64,000 bases of DNA from an uncultured Gemmatimonadaceae bacterium (GTDB lineage Bacteria > Gemmatimonadota > Gemmatimonadetes > Gemmatimonadales > Gemmatimonadaceae). The stretch spans positions 1,472,001 to 1,536,000 of the forward strand of contig CAWFQK010000004.1 of the NCBI GenBank assembly GCA_963817955.1, given 5' to 3'. The notes beneath the pieces are model-generated. The model did not search any database. It was not told the origin of the DNA and worked only from the letters and a program-made list of their open reading frames with translations. Positions within the stretch are counted from its first letter, which is position 1. The number at the start of each line of letters is the position of its first letter. Of the stretch, positions 1-8,060 are shown piece by piece. The translations under genes were made by a program, and so were the position numbers.

Positions 1-218
1 TCAGAGTGCACGCCGACGTCGGCGGCCTCCCGTTGGGCCGCGTGACAGACCAGGCAATTATTGCCCGCGTTCGCCTCGGGCGTCTGCCAAACCGTAGTCG
101 GTGCCGGGACCGCCGCCGCTGTGTGCATGGCCTGAGGCGCGGCTTGTGCCGGCACGAGGCTCGCGGCAAGCACGAGAGCGGTAGCGCCAAGGAGGCGAGT
201 GATCGTGGCGCGCATCAT
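1..218 (-). CDS. Periplasmic c-type cytochrome, N-terminal part only (runs off window start)
   Basis: Manual minus-strand translation: MMRATITRLLGATALVLAASLVPAQAAPQA...NNCLVCHAAQREAADVGVHS. Signal peptide, CxxCH, ATGA overlap with the cytochrome b stop. Not in the ORF track because it is truncated. Confidence 0.8.
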   Translation of the reverse strand, partial: MMRATITRLLGATALVLAASLVPAQAAPQAMHTAAAVPAPTTVWQTPEANAGNNCLVCHAAQREAADVGVHS

Positions 219-1450
219 CGTGACGTTGGAGCGGCAACGACCGTGTCGACGGGCGCCGCCGGCGTATATACCGGAGTGAGCTCGCTGGCAGTGGAGACGG
301 AGCGCAGATGCCACCCCGCGGCCCACGCCAACGCGAAGCCGAAGAAGAACGCGAAACCAAAACCCGCAACGAGCGGATGGCGTCGCAGTTGCCGGTCAGG
401 AGCACGATCGAACACGGGAAGAACCACGAGCGCGACACCCAGCAGTACGAACACGCCGAAGCCCCATGCGCCGAGATAATGAAGCAGCGCGCGTGAGACG
501 TCGGCAACGAACCACGTGGCATGCAACGCCGTGGGCGGATGGGCCGGGTCGGCCGGAGGAGCGATTTCGCGCGGCCACAGCACGGCAGCCGTGACTACGA
601 CGGCGACGACGAGCACGCCCACGCTCATGGAGCGCAAGAGGTGGTGCGGGAAGAATGGCACGCCCTCGCGATCACGATCTGCCGCTGGTGTCACGCCATC
701 GCGCACCACAGGCGCGAGGCCGTGCTTGCGCAGCAGCGTGAAGTGCAGCATCAGGAGCCCGAGCGCGGCCCACGGCAGCAGAATCACGTGGATCGCGAAG
801 AACCGGCTCAGCGTAGCGCCCGAAACCAGCGGATCGCCGCGAAGCAGTTCGGCCAGCCAGCCACCAATGAGCGGCACGCGACTGATGACATCCACACCCT
901 GCGTGGTGGTCCAGTACGCCCACTGGTCCCACGGCAGCAGATAACCGGTGGCGCCAAATCCCAATATGACGAGTAGCAGCAGCAGTCCGACGAGCCAGTT
1001 CGTCTCGCGCGGTGGCTTGTACGCGCGGCCGAAGAACACGCGCGCCATGTGCGCCAGCACGGCCACGACGATCAGGTTCGCACTCCACCGATGCAGATCG
1101 CGCATCAGCCATCCGAACGAAATGCCGGAGACGATGTGCTGAATGCTCTGGTACGCCTCTTCGGCCGATGGCCGGTAGTAGAACGAGAGGAGCACCCCCG
1201 TGGCGACGAGAATGATGAACAGCAGGTACGTGACTCCGCCGAACGCCTGGCGCCAGCCGACGTGGCGCGGAACCCGGTTGGCCAAGGCTTTACGAAATGC
1301 CTCGCCAATTGGTAGTTGGGTGTCGATGGGGCCATAGAGCAGGCCCACGAAGCGCAGCAGCCCGAGCAGGCTTGCATCGGTGCTCGCCTTGATGTCGGGC
1401 CAAAGACGCTGAGTCCAAATCCGAGCGATGCCGCTTTCGGAGTCTGCCAT
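215..1450 (-). CDS. Cytochrome b of Rieske/cytochrome b (bc/b6f-type) family, unsplit, with degenerate Qo motif
   Basis: Heme-ligand His pairs RDLHRWSANLIVVAVLAHMARV and FFAIHVILLPWAALGLLMLH; GYLLPWDQWAYW motif; PEWY position reads ATWF. Confidence 0.93.
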   Translation of the reverse strand: MADSESGIARIWTQRLWPDIKASTDASLLGLLRFVGLLYGPIDTQLPIGEAFRKALANRVPRHVGWRQAFGGVTYLLFIILVATGVLLSFYYRPSAEEAYQSIQHIVSGISFGWLMRDLHRWSANLIVVAVLAHMARVFFGRAYKPPRETNWLVGLLLLLVILGFGATGYLLPWDQWAYWTTTQGVDVISRVPLIGGWLAELLRGDPLVSGATLSRFFAIHVILLPWAALGLLMLHFTLLRKHGLAPVVRDGVTPAADRDREGVPFFPHHLLRSMSVGVLVVAVVVTAAVLWPREIAPPADPAHPPTALHATWFVADVSRALLHYLGAWGFGVFVLLGVALVVLPVFDRAPDRQLRRHPLVAGFGFAFFFGFALAWAAGWHLRSVSTASELTPVYTPAAPVDTVVAAPTSR

Positions 1451-1451
1451 G

Positions 1452-1922
1452 TCAGGGCCTCCCTACGTAGACGGCGCCATCGCGCACGAACGTGGAGTAA
1501 CGCTTCAGCGGCACCGTCGTGAGCCCGCGTACCACGTTGCCGTGCAGATCGTAGACGAGGTAGCCGCAGGCGGAGGCTACGCGCATCGACGTGGCATCCC
1601 AGTGCAAGATGCAGCCGTCGTTCGGCGCCGTGCCCTGGAGCGCCGTGTAGGTGGTCGAGTCCGCGCGAACCACAAGAATCACCTGGTCCCCCCAGCGAAC
1701 AATGCGGCTGCTTCCTACGGGCAGGCTCGTCTCAGGTGCCACGCGGAACGCGGGCTGGAGTTCGGGGAGCTGGAGCTGTTCGGGCGGCAGCAGGTAGACG
1801 AAGACGGCGAGGAGCGCGCCCATCAACATGAGTGAGAGAACTCCGCCGAGCAGGTATTCACCAAAGCCCGGCGTCCATGTCCGGGACGCAGGGATCGGCT
1901 CGGTTGTGTCAGGCATCACCAC
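1452..1922 (-). CDS. Membrane-anchored Rieske-fold protein lacking [2Fe-2S] ligands
   Basis: N-terminal TM helix; ALQGTAPNDGCILHW and ASACGYLVYDLHGNVVRG..PLKRY align to Rieske boxes I and II; GGAGG RBS; directly upstream of cytochrome b. Confidence 0.85.
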   Translation of the reverse strand: MVMPDTTEPIPASRTWTPGFGEYLLGGVLSLMLMGALLAVFVYLLPPEQLQLPELQPAFRVAPETSLPVGSSRIVRWGDQVILVVRADSTTYTALQGTAPNDGCILHWDATSMRVASACGYLVYDLHGNVVRGLTTVPLKRYSTFVRDGAVYVGRP

Positions 1923-2167
1923 TGGTCAGCCTCCGTTCTCGCTGATGTGCAACTGCGCTGCTTCCGCATAGCCAATCGTGCGATCGCTGGTGGTAGGTCG
2001 CTTGCGCGACGACATGACCAACCCGGCGACTGCTGTAACTCAGCGGTTTCCGGCCGCGTAGTCTGTCAGCGAAAACCAGAATCGCTGTCGGGAGTTAGCG
2101 TGCGGGTGGGAAGGCATGCTCCTACGTCATGCGCGAGAGCACATCCAACGGAAGATCATCGTGAGCG

Positions 2168-3751
2168 TTACTTCGAGAGCGGATCGGTGATGTGGCAGGT
2201 CAGGCACATGATCTTGTTACGGGCTGACATCCGACTCGCGTCGAAATTCTGTCCGTGCGGGTTCACCTTCAACCCGGTGCTTGCATGACAGCGCAGGCAA
2301 TCACGCTGCTGGTGACAGGTGGTGCAGCCGGTCATTCCTTGCCGCGCTGCTTGACCATGCTGTAGGAGCCAGAGCGGCTGCCCGGTGTGCACGGCACCTG
2401 TACGTGCTCCGCTCACGGTAATATTCGTCTTTTCATGGCACGAACGACAGAACGTCTCGGTGCGATGACAGGACGTACAGTTCTGGTCTTGCCCATACGC
2501 CACCGCCGCGTGCCGAGCAACGAAGTCGAGCGCATGATAGCGCTTGGAACCAGACCCCTCGTGACAGGTGGTACATTGGCGCTGCTCGTGACATCCCAGA
2601 CAGTCTAGCCGGCCGCTCGCTGCCGTCGACTTGTGCTGCGTCGCGAATCCCGCGGGATGCACTTTCGAGCCGGACCCCTCGTGACACGTCGCACATTGGC
2701 GCTGCTCGTGACATCCCAGGCAATCGACACGACCGCTCGCTGCCACCGACTTGTGCTGCATCGCGAATCCCAGAGGATGCGCCTTCACCAAAATCGTATC
2801 CCCGTGCGTCGCGCCGCGCGCGGGTAACCGAGCAAACGTCAGTCCGGTGTCAACACGCGCGACTCGCAACACGACACCCGGCGCCACTCCCGGCGCCGGC
2901 ATCGGAAGCCGTGCGATGACTGCGGCCGCGTTTGACCCTCTGTGACAGGACTGACAGCTCGGCTGCGTGTGGCAGTTGGCACAGCCCTCCGCTTGCTTTG
3001 ACGCAATGGTTCCGTGGTCGGCAGACCATGTCTCGCTCCGATGATTCACCGGGGTTGAATACGAGGCAGCTTTCCCCTTCATCAACTGAGCCACCCGCGA
3101 GTCGCTTCCCAACGCGCCGATCGCGGGAACGCGCGCCGCGTTCGGATGGCAGCGCGCGCAGCTCTCGCGAGCATGACACGTGGCGCAGCGCTCGACATCC
3201 GCGCTGGTTCGCGGCGCGTGCGCTGAGGCAAAATCCGCGCGTCCGTGCGATGTGGGTTTCGGGAAGGTCGCGATCGCGCTCGCGGGCAATGCGCGCGCCT
3301 CTGTTAGCGGGACATGGCACGTCTTGCATATCGCACTCTCTGCAAGATGTTCCGGTGCCTCATGGCAAGAGAGGCATACAGTGGGCGCTGCGCGCCGCAC
3401 CTGCATCCAACCCGCCTGCTTGTTTTCGGCATGACAACTCTGACACACTGCCGACGTTCCCTTCGCCTGGGGGTCCCGCGGATGCTCAACGTGTGCAAAC
3501 CGCAGGTTCGTCGGCTGCGGGGTGGCGCCCGACCATGTCGTGACCGCCACATCCCGGCCGTTATGGCACTGGGCGCACGTACTAGGCGCGGGCATCGCCG
3601 TGGTCGCGTCACCCGAGAGAATGCCCGCGTGGCACCCCGCGCAGTCCGGAAAGAGCTTCGCATGTTGCGCGTGCGGAAATCCCGATGACCGCTGCGCGTG
3701 CAAGGCCCCTGTCGACAGAAGCGCGATACCCAGCCAAGCGCCGATTCTCAT
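2168..3751 (-). CDS. Periplasmic multiheme cytochrome c (18 CxxCH motifs)
   Basis: Signal peptide; 18 CxxCH counted, many as closely spaced pairs preceded by His-containing linkers. Confidence 0.95.
   Translation of the reverse strand: MRIGAWLGIALLSTGALHAQRSSGFPHAQHAKLFPDCAGCHAGILSGDATTAMPAPSTCAQCHNGRDVAVTTWSGATPQPTNLRFAHVEHPRDPQAKGTSAVCQSCHAENKQAGWMQVRRAAPTVCLSCHEAPEHLAESAICKTCHVPLTEARALPASAIATFPKPTSHGRADFASAHAPRTSADVERCATCHARESCARCHPNAARVPAIGALGSDSRVAQLMKGKAASYSTPVNHRSETWSADHGTIASKQAEGCANCHTQPSCQSCHRGSNAAAVIARLPMPAPGVAPGVVLRVARVDTGLTFARLPARGATHGDTILVKAHPLGFAMQHKSVAASGRVDCLGCHEQRQCATCHEGSGSKVHPAGFATQHKSTAASGRLDCLGCHEQRQCTTCHEGSGSKRYHALDFVARHAAVAYGQDQNCTSCHRTETFCRSCHEKTNITVSGARTGAVHTGQPLWLLQHGQAARQGMTGCTTCHQQRDCLRCHASTGLKVNPHGQNFDASRMSARNKIMCLTCHITDPLSK
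2543..2780. repeat. 120-bp intragenic tandem duplication (40-aa diheme module x2)
   Basis: HPLGFAMQHKSVAASGRVDCLGCHEQRQCATCHEGSGSK vs HPAGFATQHKSTAASGRLDCLGCHEQRQCTTCHEGSGSK; DNA period exactly 120. Confidence 0.95.
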
Positions 3752-5214
3752 TGGATCCTCAATGCGCCGGGGCTACCAAGCGTCCACTCGAGCCGCACCG
3801 TGCCGCGCCGTTGATTCCAATTCACTAACTGTGGCGCGTCGCTGCCTGTGTGATGATACAGCAGCATATCGGCTACGAGGCGCAAATCGGGGAACAGGCG
3901 CACCGCAGCCTCTCCGCCTCCACCGACCACCCGGCCCGAACCGATCTGGAATTCATAGATGTTCTGAAAGGCCAATCCGTGGAGTGCGAGCGACAGGCCA
4001 TCGCTTGGCGCCCAACGCAGCGCAACGTCTTCATCGCTGGTCGACGCGCCGAAATCGATATCGGCGTTGTAGCTCCCCTGGACCGACCATGCGTTGGACG
4101 CCCGGAAGGAGCCGGTTGCGCCAACGCGCCAGCCGCTCGCGCGGAGCGGCAGGAACGCGACGCCACTCTGCGTGTCATCGTACGACCGTCGCCCGCCCGA
4201 TGCACCCAGGCTCACGCGAGCATCGCTGCTCGCCCAATCCAGGTTGCCGGAGACTTCTTTGTAGCCCACGGGAGCAAATGCGCCCCAGATCGTCCAGAGA
4301 TCGAAGTAGGGCGCGTAATGGCGTGCCTCGATCCGCGCCGTCGCCGATCGCGGCAGCACGAAGCGGAGCGCCAGAGAGAGATCGTTGAAGGTGCCGGTCG
4401 CCAGGTCGCGCGTGAGCTCGCCCGACAACGTGCTCTTCCCGGCATGCAGTTCGCCATCGGCGGCGACCCGCTCGGAATAGAGTCCGGCGCGATCTCGACG
4501 GATCTCGCGTTGGTACTGCACGCGGAACGCGCCGAGTGCATTGGGACGAAGCTGCGCCGTTGCCCCGATCACGTACGCACCATCGGTCGGCGGAAGATCT
4601 TCGACTGGCGCGAGCACACTAGCGTCGAGCGGTCGATTGAGCCCAGACACGAGGGTGCCACCACCATACACTTCGGCAGATACGCTACTCATCGGCCGCA
4701 GGAGCACCGATCCACCATCGAAGTTGAAGACGCCGAGCGACGAGGTGATCCACTGGCGGCCAAGCCTCGCACGCGCTCGGGAGCGGTCCATCTCGATGTA
4801 GGCATCGAGCGCATCGAACGTCTGCGTCGCTTGTGGCCACAGGTCGCGCGCATCGCCCGCTGCTCCGCGCGCCCGCAGTTGCGCGTGCACGCTGATTCCC
4901 TCACCGAAGCCCCAGCCCGTGACGTCAAGATCCTGGGTCATGGCGACGAGGGCGTTCCTGGACGCTGACCGAAGGAACGTGCAGTACTGGTTCAGCGCAT
5001 CGCATCGCGCGAGTATGCCGGACGTCGTGCGGCGATATACGCCGTACGCCGAATCCGTCGATGCATAGGCAATGCTATCGAGCACGAGCGGCTGCAGCTC
5101 GATGTATTGAGCCGAGCTGGCCCCCCTGATGACGACGCCCTGCGCCGCCGCCCTGCTCGCCGTCACGGCAACGAGGGCGGCCGTGAGGGCGATTCCTGCA
5201 ATATGGCGCCTCAT
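3748..5214 (-). CDS. Putative outer-membrane beta-barrel (porin partner of the multiheme cytochrome)
   Basis: Signal peptide; alternating amphipathic strands (RARLGRQW, FRVQYQREI, GTVRLEWTLG near C-terminus); ATGA overlap with the cytochrome gene. Confidence 0.75.
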   Translation of the reverse strand: MRRHIAGIALTAALVAVTASRAAAQGVVIRGASSAQYIELQPLVLDSIAYASTDSAYGVYRRTTSGILARCDALNQYCTFLRSASRNALVAMTQDLDVTGWGFGEGISVHAQLRARGAAGDARDLWPQATQTFDALDAYIEMDRSRARARLGRQWITSSLGVFNFDGGSVLLRPMSSVSAEVYGGGTLVSGLNRPLDASVLAPVEDLPPTDGAYVIGATAQLRPNALGAFRVQYQREIRRDRAGLYSERVAADGELHAGKSTLSGELTRDLATGTFNDLSLALRFVLPRSATARIEARHYAPYFDLWTIWGAFAPVGYKEVSGNLDWASSDARVSLGASGGRRSYDDTQSGVAFLPLRASGWRVGATGSFRASNAWSVQGSYNADIDFGASTSDEDVALRWAPSDGLSLALHGLAFQNIYEFQIGSGRVVGGGGEAAVRLFPDLRLVADMLLYHHTGSDAPQLVNWNQRRGTVRLEWTLGSPGALRIQ

Positions 5215-5475
5215 CGTACAGCTCAGTTCATGAGAAAACAGGTCGCGCAGTCGCTTACGGTGTCATAATCGCCAACCGGGGGTCGCCGCTCAGTCGGTAA
5301 GCACCCGCGCCCGTGTCGGGGCGATTGCGACAGCACGCCGCCCCCTTTCCCCCTTTCCACAGCGGCGCGTACGAAGTGTCGGGCAATGTCCGCATGCTGT
5401 CAGGACGGCCGGACGTCGGCGTAGGCGAATCGCGAAGGGGAGTGACGTCGGCGGCAGTTACGAGGCTGGGAGATG

Positions 5476-5511
5476 CGCAATGGGGCTGCGGATTTCCGCA
5501 GCCCCATTGCG
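5476..5511. terminator. Perfect stem-loop downstream of the Spy-like gene
   Basis: CGCAATGGGGCTGCGGA-tt-TCCGCAGCCCCATTGCG; no clear U-tract. Confidence 0.55.
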
Positions 5512-5537
5512 TGGTCGGTCGCAAACGCCGCCGGGTC

Positions 5538-6002
5538 TCACCCAGGCTGGCCGGCGCGCCGCCGGAGCAGGCGACGAACCGCCACCACATTCTTGTCGAA
5601 CGTCGTCTGCTGCTCTGGCGTCAGCACGCTGCGCAGGTCGGTCAACGCCAGGCGGACATTCTTCACGCCCTCGCGCCGAACCGCAACCAACTCACGGCGC
5701 GCGGCGTGTGCAGCCGCTGTGTCTTTTGCCTGACGCGCCGCACGAAGCTTGGCAGCGATCGGCTTCGCCGATTCTGCGAGCTCCTTGAATTTCGGTGAGT
5801 ACTTGGCCGACACGAGGCCAAGGTCTGCTCGTTCGGTGTCAGTCAACACGATGCCACGCAGCGAGACACGGACGACGCGCGCTACGAATGGACGCTGCGC
5901 GGCCTGCTGGGATGTGGTGGTCTGGGCACCGCCCTGTGCGGCAGCGATGCTCACGGTGGTTAGCGTGAGCGCGGCGGCGAGGAGGAGAGGCGTACGGCGC
6001 AT
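5538..6002 (-). CDS. Spy/CpxP-like (LTXXQ) periplasmic helical protein
   Basis: Signal peptide; VLTDTE and VLTPEQQ motifs flanking a helical region. Confidence 0.65.
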   Translation of the reverse strand: MRRTPLLLAAALTLTTVSIAAAQGGAQTTTSQQAAQRPFVARVVRVSLRGIVLTDTERADLGLVSAKYSPKFKELAESAKPIAAKLRAARQAKDTAAAHAARRELVAVRREGVKNVRLALTDLRSVLTPEQQTTFDKNVVAVRRLLRRRAGQPG

Positions 6003-6147
6003 GTGGAATCCCAATTGTCTGGTATGTGAGCGCGTGTCGCACGCACTCCACACACCAGACGTTGGGTAGTGGGCTGGCGTTAAGGCTGCTGTAGAAGCTT
6101 CAAGGGAATTCCGATCCGCGCATCAGACCAATCGGAACCGATATCAG

Positions 6148-6600
6148 CTACTTGGTGCCCACGGCACTCTTGGGCTTTGGCGTCTGCGTTGGTGCGTCAG
6201 GATTGTGCAGCGCACGCATGGCGCTGTCCGACAGCATCGGCGTCACACCGTTGCGACCGGCGATCTCTTTGGACGCGCTGTCAGCCAGCGCCTTATTATG
6301 AAGCTTCTGGGCGACCATGTAGATGCCGAAGTACGGTGCAGCGTCACTCGGCGCCGCCGCTGCGGCCGTGCGGTACTCCTTGAGCGCAGACTCGAACGCG
6401 CCCGTGCGGAACTCCGCGTTGCCCTTGTCCAGCGCATTGCGCGCGGCTTCCGGCAATGCATCACGCACAGCAGACCTGCCGGTGGACGCCGACGTCGCGA
6501 CCAGCGGTTGCTTGGGCGGGTTCTGTGAACGCGAACAGGCGAGCAGGCCGGCGACCGCAGCCAGCACGACGGGAAACAAGCGCGGCGAAGAGACAAGCAT
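6148..6600 (-). CDS. Lipoprotein with TPR-like helices
   Basis: Lipobox LLAC; ALDKGNAEFRTGAFESALKEYRTA...APYFG resembles a TPR. Confidence 0.65.
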   Translation of the reverse strand: MLVSSPRLFPVVLAAVAGLLACSRSQNPPKQPLVATSASTGRSAVRDALPEAARNALDKGNAEFRTGAFESALKEYRTAAAAAPSDAAPYFGIYMVAQKLHNKALADSASKEIAGRNGVTPMLSDSAMRALHNPDAPTQTPKPKSAVGTK

Positions 6601-6867
6601 GGCGGACCTCAGTGTCGGAAATGGAGAACCAAACGACACACCCAGTATCCCGTCTCGGAGAGTCAATCACAATCGCCGGAACGCCACGTTCCACGTCAGG
6701 CAACGCCTCACGGCAGTGTCCGAAAACATGCCTTCGCAAATCAGTCTTATGCGTCTACTGGGCGGTGCCCATCGCAACAATTGTACACGGCACGCGTGAA
6801 CGCCGTAGCCAGCCTCGCACACCCTTTAGGTGGTGCGGCAATCCACGCCCAGTCAGGAGTCCGTTCC

Positions 6868-8058
6868 GTGCTTACTCCGCATCCGGTCGCGTGGTCGGAC
6901 GACGAGTCGCTCGCAACGCACCTCGAACATCGCGGCATCACTCGACGCGATTTCCTCGAGTTCTGCGGGCAGATGGCCGCCGTCCTGGGTCTCTCGACCA
7001 TCGCTGTGCCGCGCATCGCCGAGGCGATGGAGACCCTTCGCCGTCCCAGTGTGATCTGGCTGCAGTTGCAGGAGTGTACTGGATGTGTCGAAAGCGTGCT
7101 CCGGACGTCGGATCCGACGATCGGCGATCTCGTGCTCGACGTCATCTCGCTCGACTATCAGCATACGCTCATGGCCGCTGCGGGCACGGCGGCGGAGAAA
7201 GCGCTGACCGCCGCGCGAACGGCGAACGCCGGGAAGTATCTGCTCGTCGTCACGGGCTCGGTGCCGACGAATGCCAACGGAATGTATACGATGATCGGCG
7301 GGCAGACCGCGCGCTCGATTCTCGAAGCGACGGCCAAGGACGCCGCGGCGGTGATCGCTCTCGGCGCGTGCGCACACTGGGGCAGCGTGCAAGCGTCCAA
7401 GCCGAACCCCACGGGAGCCGTCGGCGTGTCGGAGATCGTCCGCGACAAACCGGTCGTCAACATTGCCGGCTGCCCGCCGATTGCCGATGTCGTGACCGCA
7501 ACGATCGTGCACTATCTCACATTCAATCGGCTGCCGGCGCTCGACTTCGACGGGCGGCCACGGTTCGCCTATCAGAACCGCATTCACGACCAGTGCTCCA
7601 AACGGGCGCACTACGACGCGGGCCAGTTCGTGCAAGCGTTCGATGACGAGGGCGCGCGTAAGGGCTACTGCCTCTACGAAGTCGGGTGCAAAGGTCCAGC
7701 GACTTTCTCGCCCTGCCCGATCTTCATGTGGAACTCGCGCACGAGTTGGCCGATTGGGGCGGGACATCCATGCATCGGCTGTACGGAACGGAACTTCTGG
7801 GACACCATGACACCGTTCTACAACCGACTGCCGAACATTGCGGGCATCGGCGTGGAACACACGGCCGACATCGTTGGCGTTTCGCTCGCGGCCGGCGCGC
7901 TGGCGGGCGTCGCCGCGCACGCCGCGGCCACGGGCATCTACCAGATCCAGACACGCCGCAAGCAGGTCACGCACGAAATCCCGAGTGCTGCCGCGCCGAA
8001 CGGCGCGTACGTGTCGCCCGAGGAATCCAAACAGCCGGCGCACCGGGGAGAGGAATGA
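6868..8058 (+). CDS. hyaA: [NiFe]-hydrogenase small subunit (group 1, Tat-exported, C-terminal membrane anchor)
   Basis: TRRDFLEFC Tat motif; ECTGCVES, GCPP, HDQC..CLYEVGCKGP, GHPCIGC; AGGAG RBS before GTG 6868. Confidence 0.95.
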   Translation: MLTPHPVAWSDDESLATHLEHRGITRRDFLEFCGQMAAVLGLSTIAVPRIAEAMETLRRPSVIWLQLQECTGCVESVLRTSDPTIGDLVLDVISLDYQHTLMAAAGTAAEKALTAARTANAGKYLLVVTGSVPTNANGMYTMIGGQTARSILEATAKDAAAVIALGACAHWGSVQASKPNPTGAVGVSEIVRDKPVVNIAGCPPIADVVTATIVHYLTFNRLPALDFDGRPRFAYQNRIHDQCSKRAHYDAGQFVQAFDDEGARKGYCLYEVGCKGPATFSPCPIFMWNSRTSWPIGAGHPCIGCTERNFWDTMTPFYNRLPNIAGIGVEHTADIVGVSLAAGALAGVAAHAAATGIYQIQTRRKQVTHEIPSAAAPNGAYVSPEESKQPAHRGEE

Positions 8059-8060
8059 CC

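Noticed and set aside
6058..6085. ECF-type promoter (TAAC-N17-CGTC on the minus strand) upstream of the Spy-like gene, with a similar AAAC-N17-GGTC at about 32113
   Set aside because: Plausible but too short to distinguish from chance without TSS data.
7686..8054. 123-aa N-terminal extension of the hydrogenase large subunit in the ORF track
   Set aside because: It overlaps the small-subunit gene; the real start is at 8055 or 8061, after the GGAGAGG RBS.
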